DNA of 64,000 nucleotides from a virus: IMG/VR virus record IMGVR_UViG_3300045119_000180, positions 1 to 64,000 of that record; one strand, 5' to 3'. Shown piece by piece: positions 56,041 to 64,000 of this stretch (position 1 is its first letter; each line of letters starts with the position of its first letter). The notes under the pieces were generated by a model. It saw only the letters and a program-made list of their open reading frames with translations, ran no database searches and was not told where the DNA came from. The position numbers and the translations under genes were made by a program.

Positions 56041-56825
56041 TGGATTTAAGCAAAGTCAGCATCGGGATTCGTACTTTTTTACGCGATGAGTGCTTAAAAA
56101 ATTCTATCGCAGCGATTCGCCGTACGATGCCTGACGCTAAAATGATAATTGCAGACTGCGGAGAGCATACGCAGGAAAAGTATGATCTTTATTCAGAGCT
56201 TAGCCGGGAAGGGCATTTGTGCTTTACGCTTCCATGGGATTCCGGATTTGGCTGTATGAGCAATTGTATTGCGAGCGCAGCAACTCGGCCCTATCTTTTG
56301 ATTGGCAGTGATGATTTCGACTTTAATCCTCCGGAAGTAAGAAAAGGGATTGAGTCTTTCGTGGAGTGTTTGGATAACTGGCCGACTTTAAGCGTTGTTA
56401 GCGGACGGGTCAATAATAAATTTTATGAGTATTACTTAGAAGACAAAGGCGACGAAATTAAAGAGTCGCCAGCTCTGTGGGGTATTTATGCCGCGGCAAA
56501 TCAAATTATTCCCTGGCTCTATCCAATTGATCTGACGGTTAATTACTGTTTAGTTCGAAAAGAAGTATTTCAGAAAGTCCAATGGGATCCAGAGGCTAAG
56601 ATAGGGCAAGGTGAACACGGTTCGTGGTTCGTGGATATCAAGCGAGCAGGTCTTAAAGTAGGTTGGATACCCGGAGTTAGCATTAGCGAACAGCCGAATC
56701 AGAACAGTGATCGATATCGTGAATTCCGTAATAGAGCTAGGAGCCCCGAAAGAAGTTGTTTTAAGAAACGCGGCATTAAGAAGTATGTTTTAGGTTGCGG
56801 AACAGTCGACTATGAAGAGACGTAA
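56040..56825 (+). CDS. GT2/GT-A fold glycosyltransferase
   Basis: IRTFLRDECL, IIAD, PYLLIGSDDF, DLTVNY, GEH..WF. Confidence 0.8.
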   Translation: MDLSKVSIGIRTFLRDECLKNSIAAIRRTMPDAKMIIADCGEHTQEKYDLYSELSREGHLCFTLPWDSGFGCMSNCIASAATRPYLLIGSDDFDFNPPEVRKGIESFVECLDNWPTLSVVSGRVNNKFYEYYLEDKGDEIKESPALWGIYAAANQIIPWLYPIDLTVNYCLVRKEVFQKVQWDPEAKIGQGEHGSWFVDIKRAGLKVGWIPGVSISEQPNQNSDRYREFRNRARSPERSCFKKRGIKKYVLGCGTVDYEET

Positions 56826-57306
56826 GAAGTGTACTAAATGCGGAGAAATAAAGCACTTTTCTTGTTTTTCGCCGGACAAAAGGGATGAAAAAGGCCGTCT
56901 GCGTTGGCGAATGGGCGTTTGTACTGCTTGTAGGTCCGAAGGTTTTAAAAAGAAGTACTGGAACGACCCTGTGGCAGCAAGGAGAAATGCCAGGAAAAAT
57001 AGGACCTCAAAAAAGATGAGGGACTGGAATTTAAGATTTGCTTATGGAATAACTCTATTGGAGTGGGAGGATATTTTTACAAAGCAGGGCCGACAGTGTG
57101 CTATTTGTAAAAGAAAGAAACCAATTGGTCTAGGTTGGGCGACAGATCATAAAGGTTGGCATTGCAGAAGAGGTAAATTACGTAAAAGAATAAGAGCAAT
57201 TTTATGTCAACATTGTAATACTCTTTTAGGCCAGGCAAGAGAGTCGGTAGATATTTTAAAAGCGGTAATTGCGTACATAAGAAACAATAAATGGGCAAAT
57301 TATTAA
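56812..57306 (+). CDS. Endonuclease VII-family homing endonuclease
   Basis: YGITLLEW...QCAIC...TDH...IRAILCQHCNTLLG. Confidence 0.82.
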   Translation: MKRRKKCTKCGEIKHFSCFSPDKRDEKGRLRWRMGVCTACRSEGFKKKYWNDPVAARRNARKNRTSKKMRDWNLRFAYGITLLEWEDIFTKQGRQCAICKRKKPIGLGWATDHKGWHCRRGKLRKRIRAILCQHCNTLLGQARESVDILKAVIAYIRNNKWANY

Positions 57307-57983
57307 TATCTATAAAATCATGCCGTCGCGACTGGATGCGCGGCGATCATGACGTCATTCGCTCGACGTGGGGCAAGGATGTTCCCGAAGGCGTTGATTT
57401 ACGGTTCTTTATGGGCACGGAAAGTTATAGGCTATGTACCGACGGCGATGAAGAATGGTTGGATGTTAAAGACGATTACGATTCACTCCCTCAAAAGGTT
57501 AAGGCTATTTTTAAATGGGCTTTAGAAAAACAATATGACTACATTTTCCTTGCGGACACGGATACGTTCGTTATACCAAAACGCCTTATTGCGCTTCCTT
57601 TTCAAGACTATGACTTATCTGGTCGGTTCGGGAAAATTAAGCCTATTGGCGAGACCTTTAGATATATTGACGGACGAGATATTGTTTACGACCCCTGTTG
57701 GCCCTGGCCAAGCGGAGGGTGCGGTTATTTTGTATCGGCTAAAGGTGCCGATTATATTTTACGTACAGGATTTACAGGCTGGGCCGAAGACATTCAGTCA
57801 GGCCAAGCACTCGGACCGCTGGAAAAACTAGGCTTGGTAAAGATAGGCGATCTAGAAGATCTCGAGTGTAAGGCATCGTGGCATTTTCCGCGGTGGAAGT
57901 ACAATCAGGAAGTTTACCATCCCCGATATGGTTGGCAAGAGAAGATGTATAAAGAGCATAATGAAAATAGCGATAGTCATTAA
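57291..57983 (+). CDS. GT31-like (galactosyltransferase/Fringe-type) glycosyltransferase
   Basis: IRSTWG, DDYDSLPQK, YDYIFLADTDTF, SGGCGY, ED. Confidence 0.8.
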   Translation: MGKLLISIKSCRRDWMRGDHDVIRSTWGKDVPEGVDLRFFMGTESYRLCTDGDEEWLDVKDDYDSLPQKVKAIFKWALEKQYDYIFLADTDTFVIPKRLIALPFQDYDLSGRFGKIKPIGETFRYIDGRDIVYDPCWPWPSGGCGYFVSAKGADYILRTGFTGWAEDIQSGQALGPLEKLGLVKIGDLEDLECKASWHFPRWKYNQEVYHPRYGWQEKMYKEHNENSDSH

Positions 57984-58668
57984 ATCATGCCAGCGCGATA
58001 AATACGCCGGCTGCCATTGGGCAATTAGAGAGACGTATGCCAACACTCTGCCAGCTGGCGTAGATCTTTATTTTGTTATGGGCGGCCCTAGGATAGAACT
58101 GCCGTCAGAAATCTTAAAAGACGAATTATGGTTCGACGTAGACGACGGCTATTGGGAGCTACAGCCTAAAGTCAAATTGGCTTGTAAATATATAGTTGAC
58201 AATAACTACGATTTTTGTTATTTTGCAGACACTGACAGTTATTTAATCGTGCAAGAATTGCTCAAATCCGGGTTCGAAAAGTACGACTTTTCAGGCGGCC
58301 ATTTGTGCGGCCGTAATCACGGAGAGAATCAATTTGGCGTTAAATATCCGGCTTATAAAGACAGCCACGGAGCGACATTGCCGCACCTTTATGTCTATCT
58401 GTCCGGAGGCGTAGGCTTTTTCGTGTCAAACAAGGCGGCTAAAGCATTGGCCGAGACGGATATGTACTTTCATTCAGAGGATGTCTGGGCCGGCCAAGTC
58501 ATCGGCCCGTTTATAGAGCGTGGCGAGATGACAGCTAGTCTGCTGCCGTTCGTAGAGCATCATTCGGCCTGGCATCTTAATTGTGGCTATTACGGCGGCG
58601 GACATACGGAACGGCTTAATGCCGGTGATGCAGTAAGGCGTAAGCATAAGGACCTTGGGTATATATAA
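57961..58668 (+). CDS. GT31-like glycosyltransferase, second paralog
   Basis: IRETY, DDGYWELQPK, ADTDSY, SGGVGF, SEDVW. Confidence 0.8.
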   Translation: MKIAIVIKSCQRDKYAGCHWAIRETYANTLPAGVDLYFVMGGPRIELPSEILKDELWFDVDDGYWELQPKVKLACKYIVDNNYDFCYFADTDSYLIVQELLKSGFEKYDFSGGHLCGRNHGENQFGVKYPAYKDSHGATLPHLYVYLSGGVGFFVSNKAAKALAETDMYFHSEDVWAGQVIGPFIERGEMTASLLPFVEHHSAWHLNCGYYGGGHTERLNAGDAVRRKHKDLGYI

Positions 58669-58897
58669 TGAGTGAATTCATCGATGATGAAATCGAGCGG
58701 GCGGGATTGAGTATCAGTGCCCAAGCAGGGCAGTGGGTACGCGACAAGCTAGCCGAGGCGGGTATCAGCCAGGAAGAGATTGACCACATCATGCATGAAG
58801 CGGTTAAGGACGTGATTGTGTCGGCTGTATGTCCGTATTGTCAAGGATATAAGTTAACCCGCAAACCGTGTCCGTGTTGCGAAAGATAAAGGAGATT

Positions 58898-59698
58898 ATG
58901 CGCATCTTAGTTACAGGAAGTTCCAGCTACATTGCTTCAGGCGTTTTACCGCGGCTTTATAGGGCTTTTCCGACGGCGCTGATCTCTTTATGCGATCTTA
59001 AGAACGGCCAGGATTTCGGCGAATTTAAAGGTCATCACTTCAACGTCGTACTACATATCGGCGCATTAAGTACGATTGTCGACTCCGGTAGCAAGGCTGA
59101 TTATATGCTGGACGTCAACGCTTTCCGAATCTTGAAGTTTCTACGTAATAACACGGTTGATAAAATCTTATTCCCGTCAACTGGAGGAGCTATTTATGGC
59201 AATAGGACGACGCCAGCTAAAGAGTCAGATGCTACTTGGAGCGGGTGTGTTAATCCTTACAGCCAGTCTAAGTATATCGCTGAAAGGATTATTCGGGAAT
59301 TATGCCACAATCATACGATTCTTAGGCTTGGTAACGTCTTTGGTGGTGATATGGATAGCCGGACAGAGGCGTTGGTTTTGACGCATTTTGCGCATGACAA
59401 TCCAATTATTGTTTACGGTGGTGATCAGACCAGGGATTTCGTCCATCTAGACGTCGTTAGCGAAGCGTTCATTAAAGCTATCCAACTAGATGTCACCGGG
59501 ACTTTTAATATCGCTAATGGCGAGTCTATCCGATTGATGGACCTAGCGGAGAAATTTTCGGCTTATCGTCAGGTGCCAATTGAAATGCGTCCGCACAGGC
59601 CTGAAGAGATGATTGATGTGGCGTTGGATGTCACGGCAGCCAAAAAGGCCGGATTGATTCCGAAGAAACAGAAGAACGATTATCTAGGGGTTCTTTAA
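58898..59698 (+). CDS. NAD-dependent nucleotide-sugar epimerase/dehydratase
   Basis: LVTGSSSYIA, STGGAIYG, YSQSK, LRLGNVFG, QTRDFVH. Confidence 0.88.
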   Translation: MRILVTGSSSYIASGVLPRLYRAFPTALISLCDLKNGQDFGEFKGHHFNVVLHIGALSTIVDSGSKADYMLDVNAFRILKFLRNNTVDKILFPSTGGAIYGNRTTPAKESDATWSGCVNPYSQSKYIAERIIRELCHNHTILRLGNVFGGDMDSRTEALVLTHFAHDNPIIVYGGDQTRDFVHLDVVSEAFIKAIQLDVTGTFNIANGESIRLMDLAEKFSAYRQVPIEMRPHRPEEMIDVALDVTAAKKAGLIPKKQKNDYLGVL

Positions 59699-60312
59699 TG
59701 CCACAAACTTGGCCGCCTCAAACGGAATTGTGCGAATTAGCTACGAAATACGGTACAGATAAATACAATTGGCATTCCTACACTCCACACTATCACCGCC
59801 TGCTTAACGACCGCCGCAACGAAGTCCGTAAAGTTCTGGAGATCGGTATTGGCGACCCGTCTAGTATGTCAGATCCGACTGGCAAGCCTTACGTCCCCGG
59901 TGCCAGTTTGCGTATGTGGGCCGAATATTTCCCGAACGCCGAAATTTATTCTTTGGATAGTCAGGCTAATCTTCTGATCAACGAAGGCCGGATCCGTTCT
60001 TTCCAGTGCGACCAAGGCGACCGGCATAGTTTAGAAATGGCTATGCCAAAGCTAGGCGCGGGCTTTGATCTTATCGTCGACGATGGCAGCCATGTTCCAG
60101 AGCATCAAGCGTTGACGGCTACAATGTACGTGCCGCTATTGGCGCCGAACGGCGTTTATATCATTGAGGACGTCTGGCTGTATCCCAGTCAGGTCGGTTG
60201 GTCCAAGGAGCCGTTCGGATTGAAACTGGAAGATATCCCGTATAAAACGGAAGTACTTTACGGCGAAGGCAATAATGACGACAGATTGATTTTAATAAAG
60301 GCTGGCAGATGA
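59698..60312 (+). CDS. SAM-dependent sugar O-methyltransferase-like protein (MycE-like)
   Basis: YGTDK...HSY..HY, LEIGIG, GASLRMW..YFP, IVDDGSH, YIIED. Confidence 0.8.
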   Translation: MPQTWPPQTELCELATKYGTDKYNWHSYTPHYHRLLNDRRNEVRKVLEIGIGDPSSMSDPTGKPYVPGASLRMWAEYFPNAEIYSLDSQANLLINEGRIRSFQCDQGDRHSLEMAMPKLGAGFDLIVDDGSHVPEHQALTATMYVPLLAPNGVYIIEDVWLYPSQVGWSKEPFGLKLEDIPYKTEVLYGEGNNDDRLILIKAGR

Positions 60313-60484
60313 ATTGGCGTCTTAATGTAGCTAGTTTACTAGCGATTGTGTTAACACTTATTTATGGCTCAGGATTGTGTTTTGCTGTAGCTCATAAAGA
60401 TAAATTAGGAATTATGGTGTTCGGTGTTGCGGTCCTTATTTGTGGTTTTATGTCTTGGGCATCGGGTTTTGCAAGGCCAAAACC

Positions 60485-61363
60485 ATGAAAATCATCCAGT
60501 GCAACGACTGCAATCCGGAATTGATTCAACCTCAATATGCATCGTTTAAAAAGCATCTTCAAGACGACTTTCAAATGGTTATCTGTAACAGTCTAGAGAT
60601 GGCTAGAGACCCGCGAAAGTGCCAAGAAGTATTAGACGTATGTCATTTGTTAGGTATAGAAACTGTCCAGGCGAAACGCGACAAATCAATTGAACTGTAT
60701 CGCAATACCAACTTTACTTACGGTAGCCCAGAGCCGTTCTTTTCTCCGGAAGGCCGCTTCTGGACGCCCGGCAATGCCGGCAATTATCTTATGCAATGGT
60801 CATGGGAAAAGATCGTCTGCAAACTTAATGGTCCTATTTGCTATACGCATAGCGATGTCTTTCTAATCGAGCCTATTAGATTTACAGACTATCTAAAAGA
60901 CTATCAAATATGTTCAATTCTGCCGAATAAGCCAGCCCAAAAAGGTCATGGCTTTATGCAATATCTTTGGGAGCCGCTATTGTTGGTCGATATGGATAGG
61001 CTGCCCAGCCCGGAAACAATGATTTGGTGGCCTAGCGAAGTTGAAAACGAATGGACGGATACCGGAGGCAGGACGTATTACTATCTACGTGACCATCCGG
61101 AATTAAAGGTTCTAGAATTAGGCCAGTCGAGCAGTATAATAGGCGATGCGCCTAATGACGACGATTTTAAGGATCCGACAGTAGACTTTCATCCAACAAG
61201 ATATCGCTTCATTCATTTCCCAGATAAACGGGCGTTTCATTATATGTCAGGGACCAGGTGGTGTACAGATTCGGAGCACGGGTGGAATTGGCCAAAAGAA
61301 AAGGCTGATGAATACCACCGACGAAAGATGGCTTGGACTCGTAAACTAGCAGGTATTGAATGA
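60485..61363 (+). CDS. Putative glycosyltransferase-like protein
   Basis: HSDVFLI and DTGG motifs; located in the glycan cluster. Confidence 0.55.
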   Translation: MKIIQCNDCNPELIQPQYASFKKHLQDDFQMVICNSLEMARDPRKCQEVLDVCHLLGIETVQAKRDKSIELYRNTNFTYGSPEPFFSPEGRFWTPGNAGNYLMQWSWEKIVCKLNGPICYTHSDVFLIEPIRFTDYLKDYQICSILPNKPAQKGHGFMQYLWEPLLLVDMDRLPSPETMIWWPSEVENEWTDTGGRTYYYLRDHPELKVLELGQSSSIIGDAPNDDDFKDPTVDFHPTRYRFIHFPDKRAFHYMSGTRWCTDSEHGWNWPKEKADEYHRRKMAWTRKLAGIE

Positions 61364-62319
61364 ATGTAGCTCTTATTGGCGCGGGTAAAATTGGTAGAAT
61401 CCGGGCGGAAGTTATTCGTCAGTCTGAATCACGATTGGTGGCTGTTCATGATGCCAACGATATTGCTGCAGCTAAATTAGGTCTTCCGGTTTCTTTGGAC
61501 TTTATTATGACGGCTAAAGACATTAATGCAGTCGTAATTTGTACGCCTACTAAATACCACATGCCTATCGCGGTATCGGCGTTACACGCCGGTAAGCACG
61601 TTCTTTGTGAAAAGCCGCTAGGGCGGACATTACAAGAAGCTAAACTGGTAGTTCAAAATGTTTTGCCAGGGCAGATTCTGCATTCCGGATTTAATTACCG
61701 CCATTTAAGCCATGTAAAACGAGCGAAGAAGATTATCGAAAGCGGCGTTCTCGGTGATTTGATGTTCTTTCGTTCCCGTTTTGGGAACGGCGGCCGACCG
61801 GGGTATGGAAAAGAATGGTGTACGCAGAAGGATCTTGGTGGTGGCGGCGTAACGATCGAGCAGGCAATTCATGTCTTTGATCTTATTTCGTTTCTTTTCG
61901 GAGACCCTGAGCGAATTGTAGCAAATATGGATCTTTGCTATCACGGTTTTCCCGATACTGAAGATAATGTCTTTTGTATGATTAAAACGTCTGGCGGTAC
62001 AGCCACCGTGCATGTTAGCTGGACGCAATGGACGAATCTCTTTGAAGTAGAGATATTCGGCACAGAAGGTTATCTAAGGCTGGAAGGTCGTGACGGCTCT
62101 TATGGCCCGCCAAGGCTGTATCACGGCATCAGGAACGATGACCATACGCGGCCTTTCGAGCATGAAATTGACCTGCCGGATGAAAGTAGTTGGGCTTTAG
62201 ACTGGGCTGAATTCGAACAAGAAGTAGAATCCGGAATTAATGGTGCGTATGGATTAATGGCGCAGCGAATGGTTGAAGCTGCTTATAAAAGTGTAGATAA
62301 AGGCTGGGTTAATATATGA
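61360..62319 (+). CDS. Gfo/Idh/MocA-family oxidoreductase
   Basis: IGAGKIG, GKHVLCEKP, GFNYR, GGG...IHVFD. Confidence 0.9.
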   Translation: MNVALIGAGKIGRIRAEVIRQSESRLVAVHDANDIAAAKLGLPVSLDFIMTAKDINAVVICTPTKYHMPIAVSALHAGKHVLCEKPLGRTLQEAKLVVQNVLPGQILHSGFNYRHLSHVKRAKKIIESGVLGDLMFFRSRFGNGGRPGYGKEWCTQKDLGGGGVTIEQAIHVFDLISFLFGDPERIVANMDLCYHGFPDTEDNVFCMIKTSGGTATVHVSWTQWTNLFEVEIFGTEGYLRLEGRDGSYGPPRLYHGIRNDDHTRPFEHEIDLPDESSWALDWAEFEQEVESGINGAYGLMAQRMVEAAYKSVDKGWVNI

Positions 62320-62951
62320 AAGCCTGGATAGTCGGAGCATCCGGAACAATCGGCGGTGCTATTGCGGATAGGTTTCATAACGAAGGCGTTGAGGTCTTTA
62401 GGAAAAAGGTGGAAATAACGGATTATTATGCCATATCATCAACGGCTAATGCCGTCCGACCCGACATTGTAGTTAACTGCGCAGGCGTTTATATTTACGG
62501 AGCTTTTGGCGGTTCTATATTAGATTGGACGAGTGTTATAGATGTAAATCTTACAGGTAGTTTTCATCTTACTAGGGCTGTTCTGCCTAACATGCTTGCT
62601 AAAGGTGGTGGAAAGATTATTCACCTATCAGGCGGGGGTGCTGCTTATGGTCGGCGGCTTTATTCTGCCTATGCGGCCTCAAAAGCTGGCTTGGTAAGGT
62701 TCGTGGAGTGCGTAGCCGAAGAAGTTGAACAATTTAACGTCCAGATCAATTGTATCGCGCCAGGCTCTGTTAAGAGCAAGATGAATCCTAAAGGCACTGA
62801 AACGCCTCAAAAAGCTGTCGAGCTGGCAATGTATCTAGCCTCGCCTGAATCGAGTCACGTAACCGGCCGGTTAATACACGTCAACGAAGACTATAGAAAT
62901 AAGACTGTTTGGGGCGACGAAGACGGCAAGCTTCGAAGGATGCCTTTATGA
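62316..62951 (+). CDS. Short-chain dehydrogenase/reductase
   Basis: VGASGTIG, VNCAG, YAASK, NCIAPG. Confidence 0.88.
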   Translation: MKAWIVGASGTIGGAIADRFHNEGVEVFRKKVEITDYYAISSTANAVRPDIVVNCAGVYIYGAFGGSILDWTSVIDVNLTGSFHLTRAVLPNMLAKGGGKIIHLSGGGAAYGRRLYSAYAASKAGLVRFVECVAEEVEQFNVQINCIAPGSVKSKMNPKGTETPQKAVELAMYLASPESSHVTGRLIHVNEDYRNKTVWGDEDGKLRRMPL

Positions 62952-63237
62952 AAGAATGTAATAGCCAGCCTGTACTCAAAAGCTGCCCTGAGTGCCAGAG
63001 TAAGAAATTGACGTACGGTGGGTATGGGAATACCTTGCTCGGATGTTATAGTCCACCGGGACACGACCACGACAATAATTGTAAAATACATTATTGGAAG
63101 TGCGAAAATGGGCATGATATCAGGGAAAGACAGATTAATGTTTGCCCGGCTGAAGGGTGCAATTGGACATCTGGACAAGATTGTTTTTGCTCCCCTTTAG
63201 GCGCGTGGATAGCTAAAATGGGTCCAGGGATGTATCA

Positions 63238-64000
63238 ATGATAATTGTCAAAAGTCCGATGCGGATTACACTTGGTGGAGGCGGTACGGATCTGCCGTCG
63301 TATGCTGACAAATACGGAAGTTCAGTCCTTTCTGCAGCTATAAATAAATACGTTTATGTCACGGTTAACGAATCGTTCCGTAATCGAATTACGCTGAAGT
63401 ATTCAAAGATTGAAGACGTTCAAACACCGGACGAAATCGAGCATCCGGTTATTAAAGCAGCTTTGAAGTTTTTAAAAATTGATGGCTCAGTCGACATTGA
63501 CAGCATTTCAGATATTCCCGCAGGAACGGGGCTCGGTTCGTCCGGTAGTTTCACGACTGCACTTTTACAGGCTCTTCATTTGTTTAAGCGGGAAACAATA
63601 ACCAAATGCCAATTGGCGGAGCAAGCCTTTCATATCGAACATGACATTCTTAATCAGCATTGCGGTCGACAAGACCAATATATTGCCGCTGTCGGGGGTT
63701 TGACCATCCTCCGTTTCGGCTTAGATGATATTGGTTATAGGCCCTTGGACATAAGCCGAGAAACTTTAGCTAATCTAGAAGAAGGGCTGATGCTTTTCTT
63801 TACTGGTTACTCCAGATTGGCCACTGGTATTCTTAGTGAGCAGGACATTAGATTACAGCAGGACGACGCCAGAATAACCGAAAATTTGCATCAGATAAAG
63901 GATCTAGGAAGGGCTACTCAGATAGCATTAACGCACGGAGATCTCAACGAATTTTCCAATTTAATGCTTCATCATTGGGATCTTAAACGGGTTCGTTCTA
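63238..64000 (+). CDS. hddA: GHMP sugar kinase, HddA-like (heptose-7-phosphate kinase); partial, runs off the right edge
   Basis: Not in ORF track. MIIVKSPMRITLGGGGTDLPSY, DIPAGTGLGSSGS, GRQDQY, FFTGYSR. Confidence 0.85.
   Translation, partial: MIIVKSPMRITLGGGGTDLPSYADKYGSSVLSAAINKYVYVTVNESFRNRITLKYSKIEDVQTPDEIEHPVIKAALKFLKIDGSVDIDSISDIPAGTGLGSSGSFTTALLQALHLFKRETITKCQLAEQAFHIEHDILNQHCGRQDQYIAAVGGLTILRFGLDDIGYRPLDISRETLANLEEGLMLFFTGYSRLATGILSEQDIRLQQDDARITENLHQIKDLGRATQIALTHGDLNEFSNLMLHHWDLKRVRS

Noticed and set aside
1-64000. Integrated prophage boundary or alternative genetic code
   Set aside because: No integrase, att duplication or host housekeeping block is seen, and genes read fully in the standard code.

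Overview
This window is a large piece of a tailed dsDNA phage genome. The host is probably in Acidobacteriota, inferred from the style of its OmpH/Skp and secreted proteins. No integrase or host flank is visible. Two arms diverge from a non-coding hinge at about 32,950-33,950. The left arm (minus strand) carries virion and late genes: terminase large subunit, portal, scaffold, major capsid protein (MCP), three signal-peptide-bearing Ser/Thr/Gly-rich fibre/adhesin-like proteins (two very large), Skp, serine and cysteine proteases, and small membrane proteins. The right arm (plus strand) has a cassette-like early region with repeated sigma70 promoters, then nucleotide-metabolism genes, primase-polymerase, a split family-A DNA polymerase, recombination genes, tRNA-Asn, and a glycan/heptose biosynthesis cluster that runs off the right end. 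Three results stand out. (1) The MCP gene is split into five exons by four group I introns; removing them gives a clean 340-aa protein, with a 28-nt micro-exon and an apparently non-canonical 5' splice site. (2) All six free-standing endonuclease genes on the late strand, from several unrelated nuclease families, are preceded by the same two-hairpin kissing-loop element that buries the Shine-Dalgarno (SD) sequence, with fully covarying loop sequences unique to each copy. (3) The phage appears to encode an export, chaperone, protease and glycosylation kit for its giant secreted proteins. All family assignments are from motif recognition by eye; no database searches were run.
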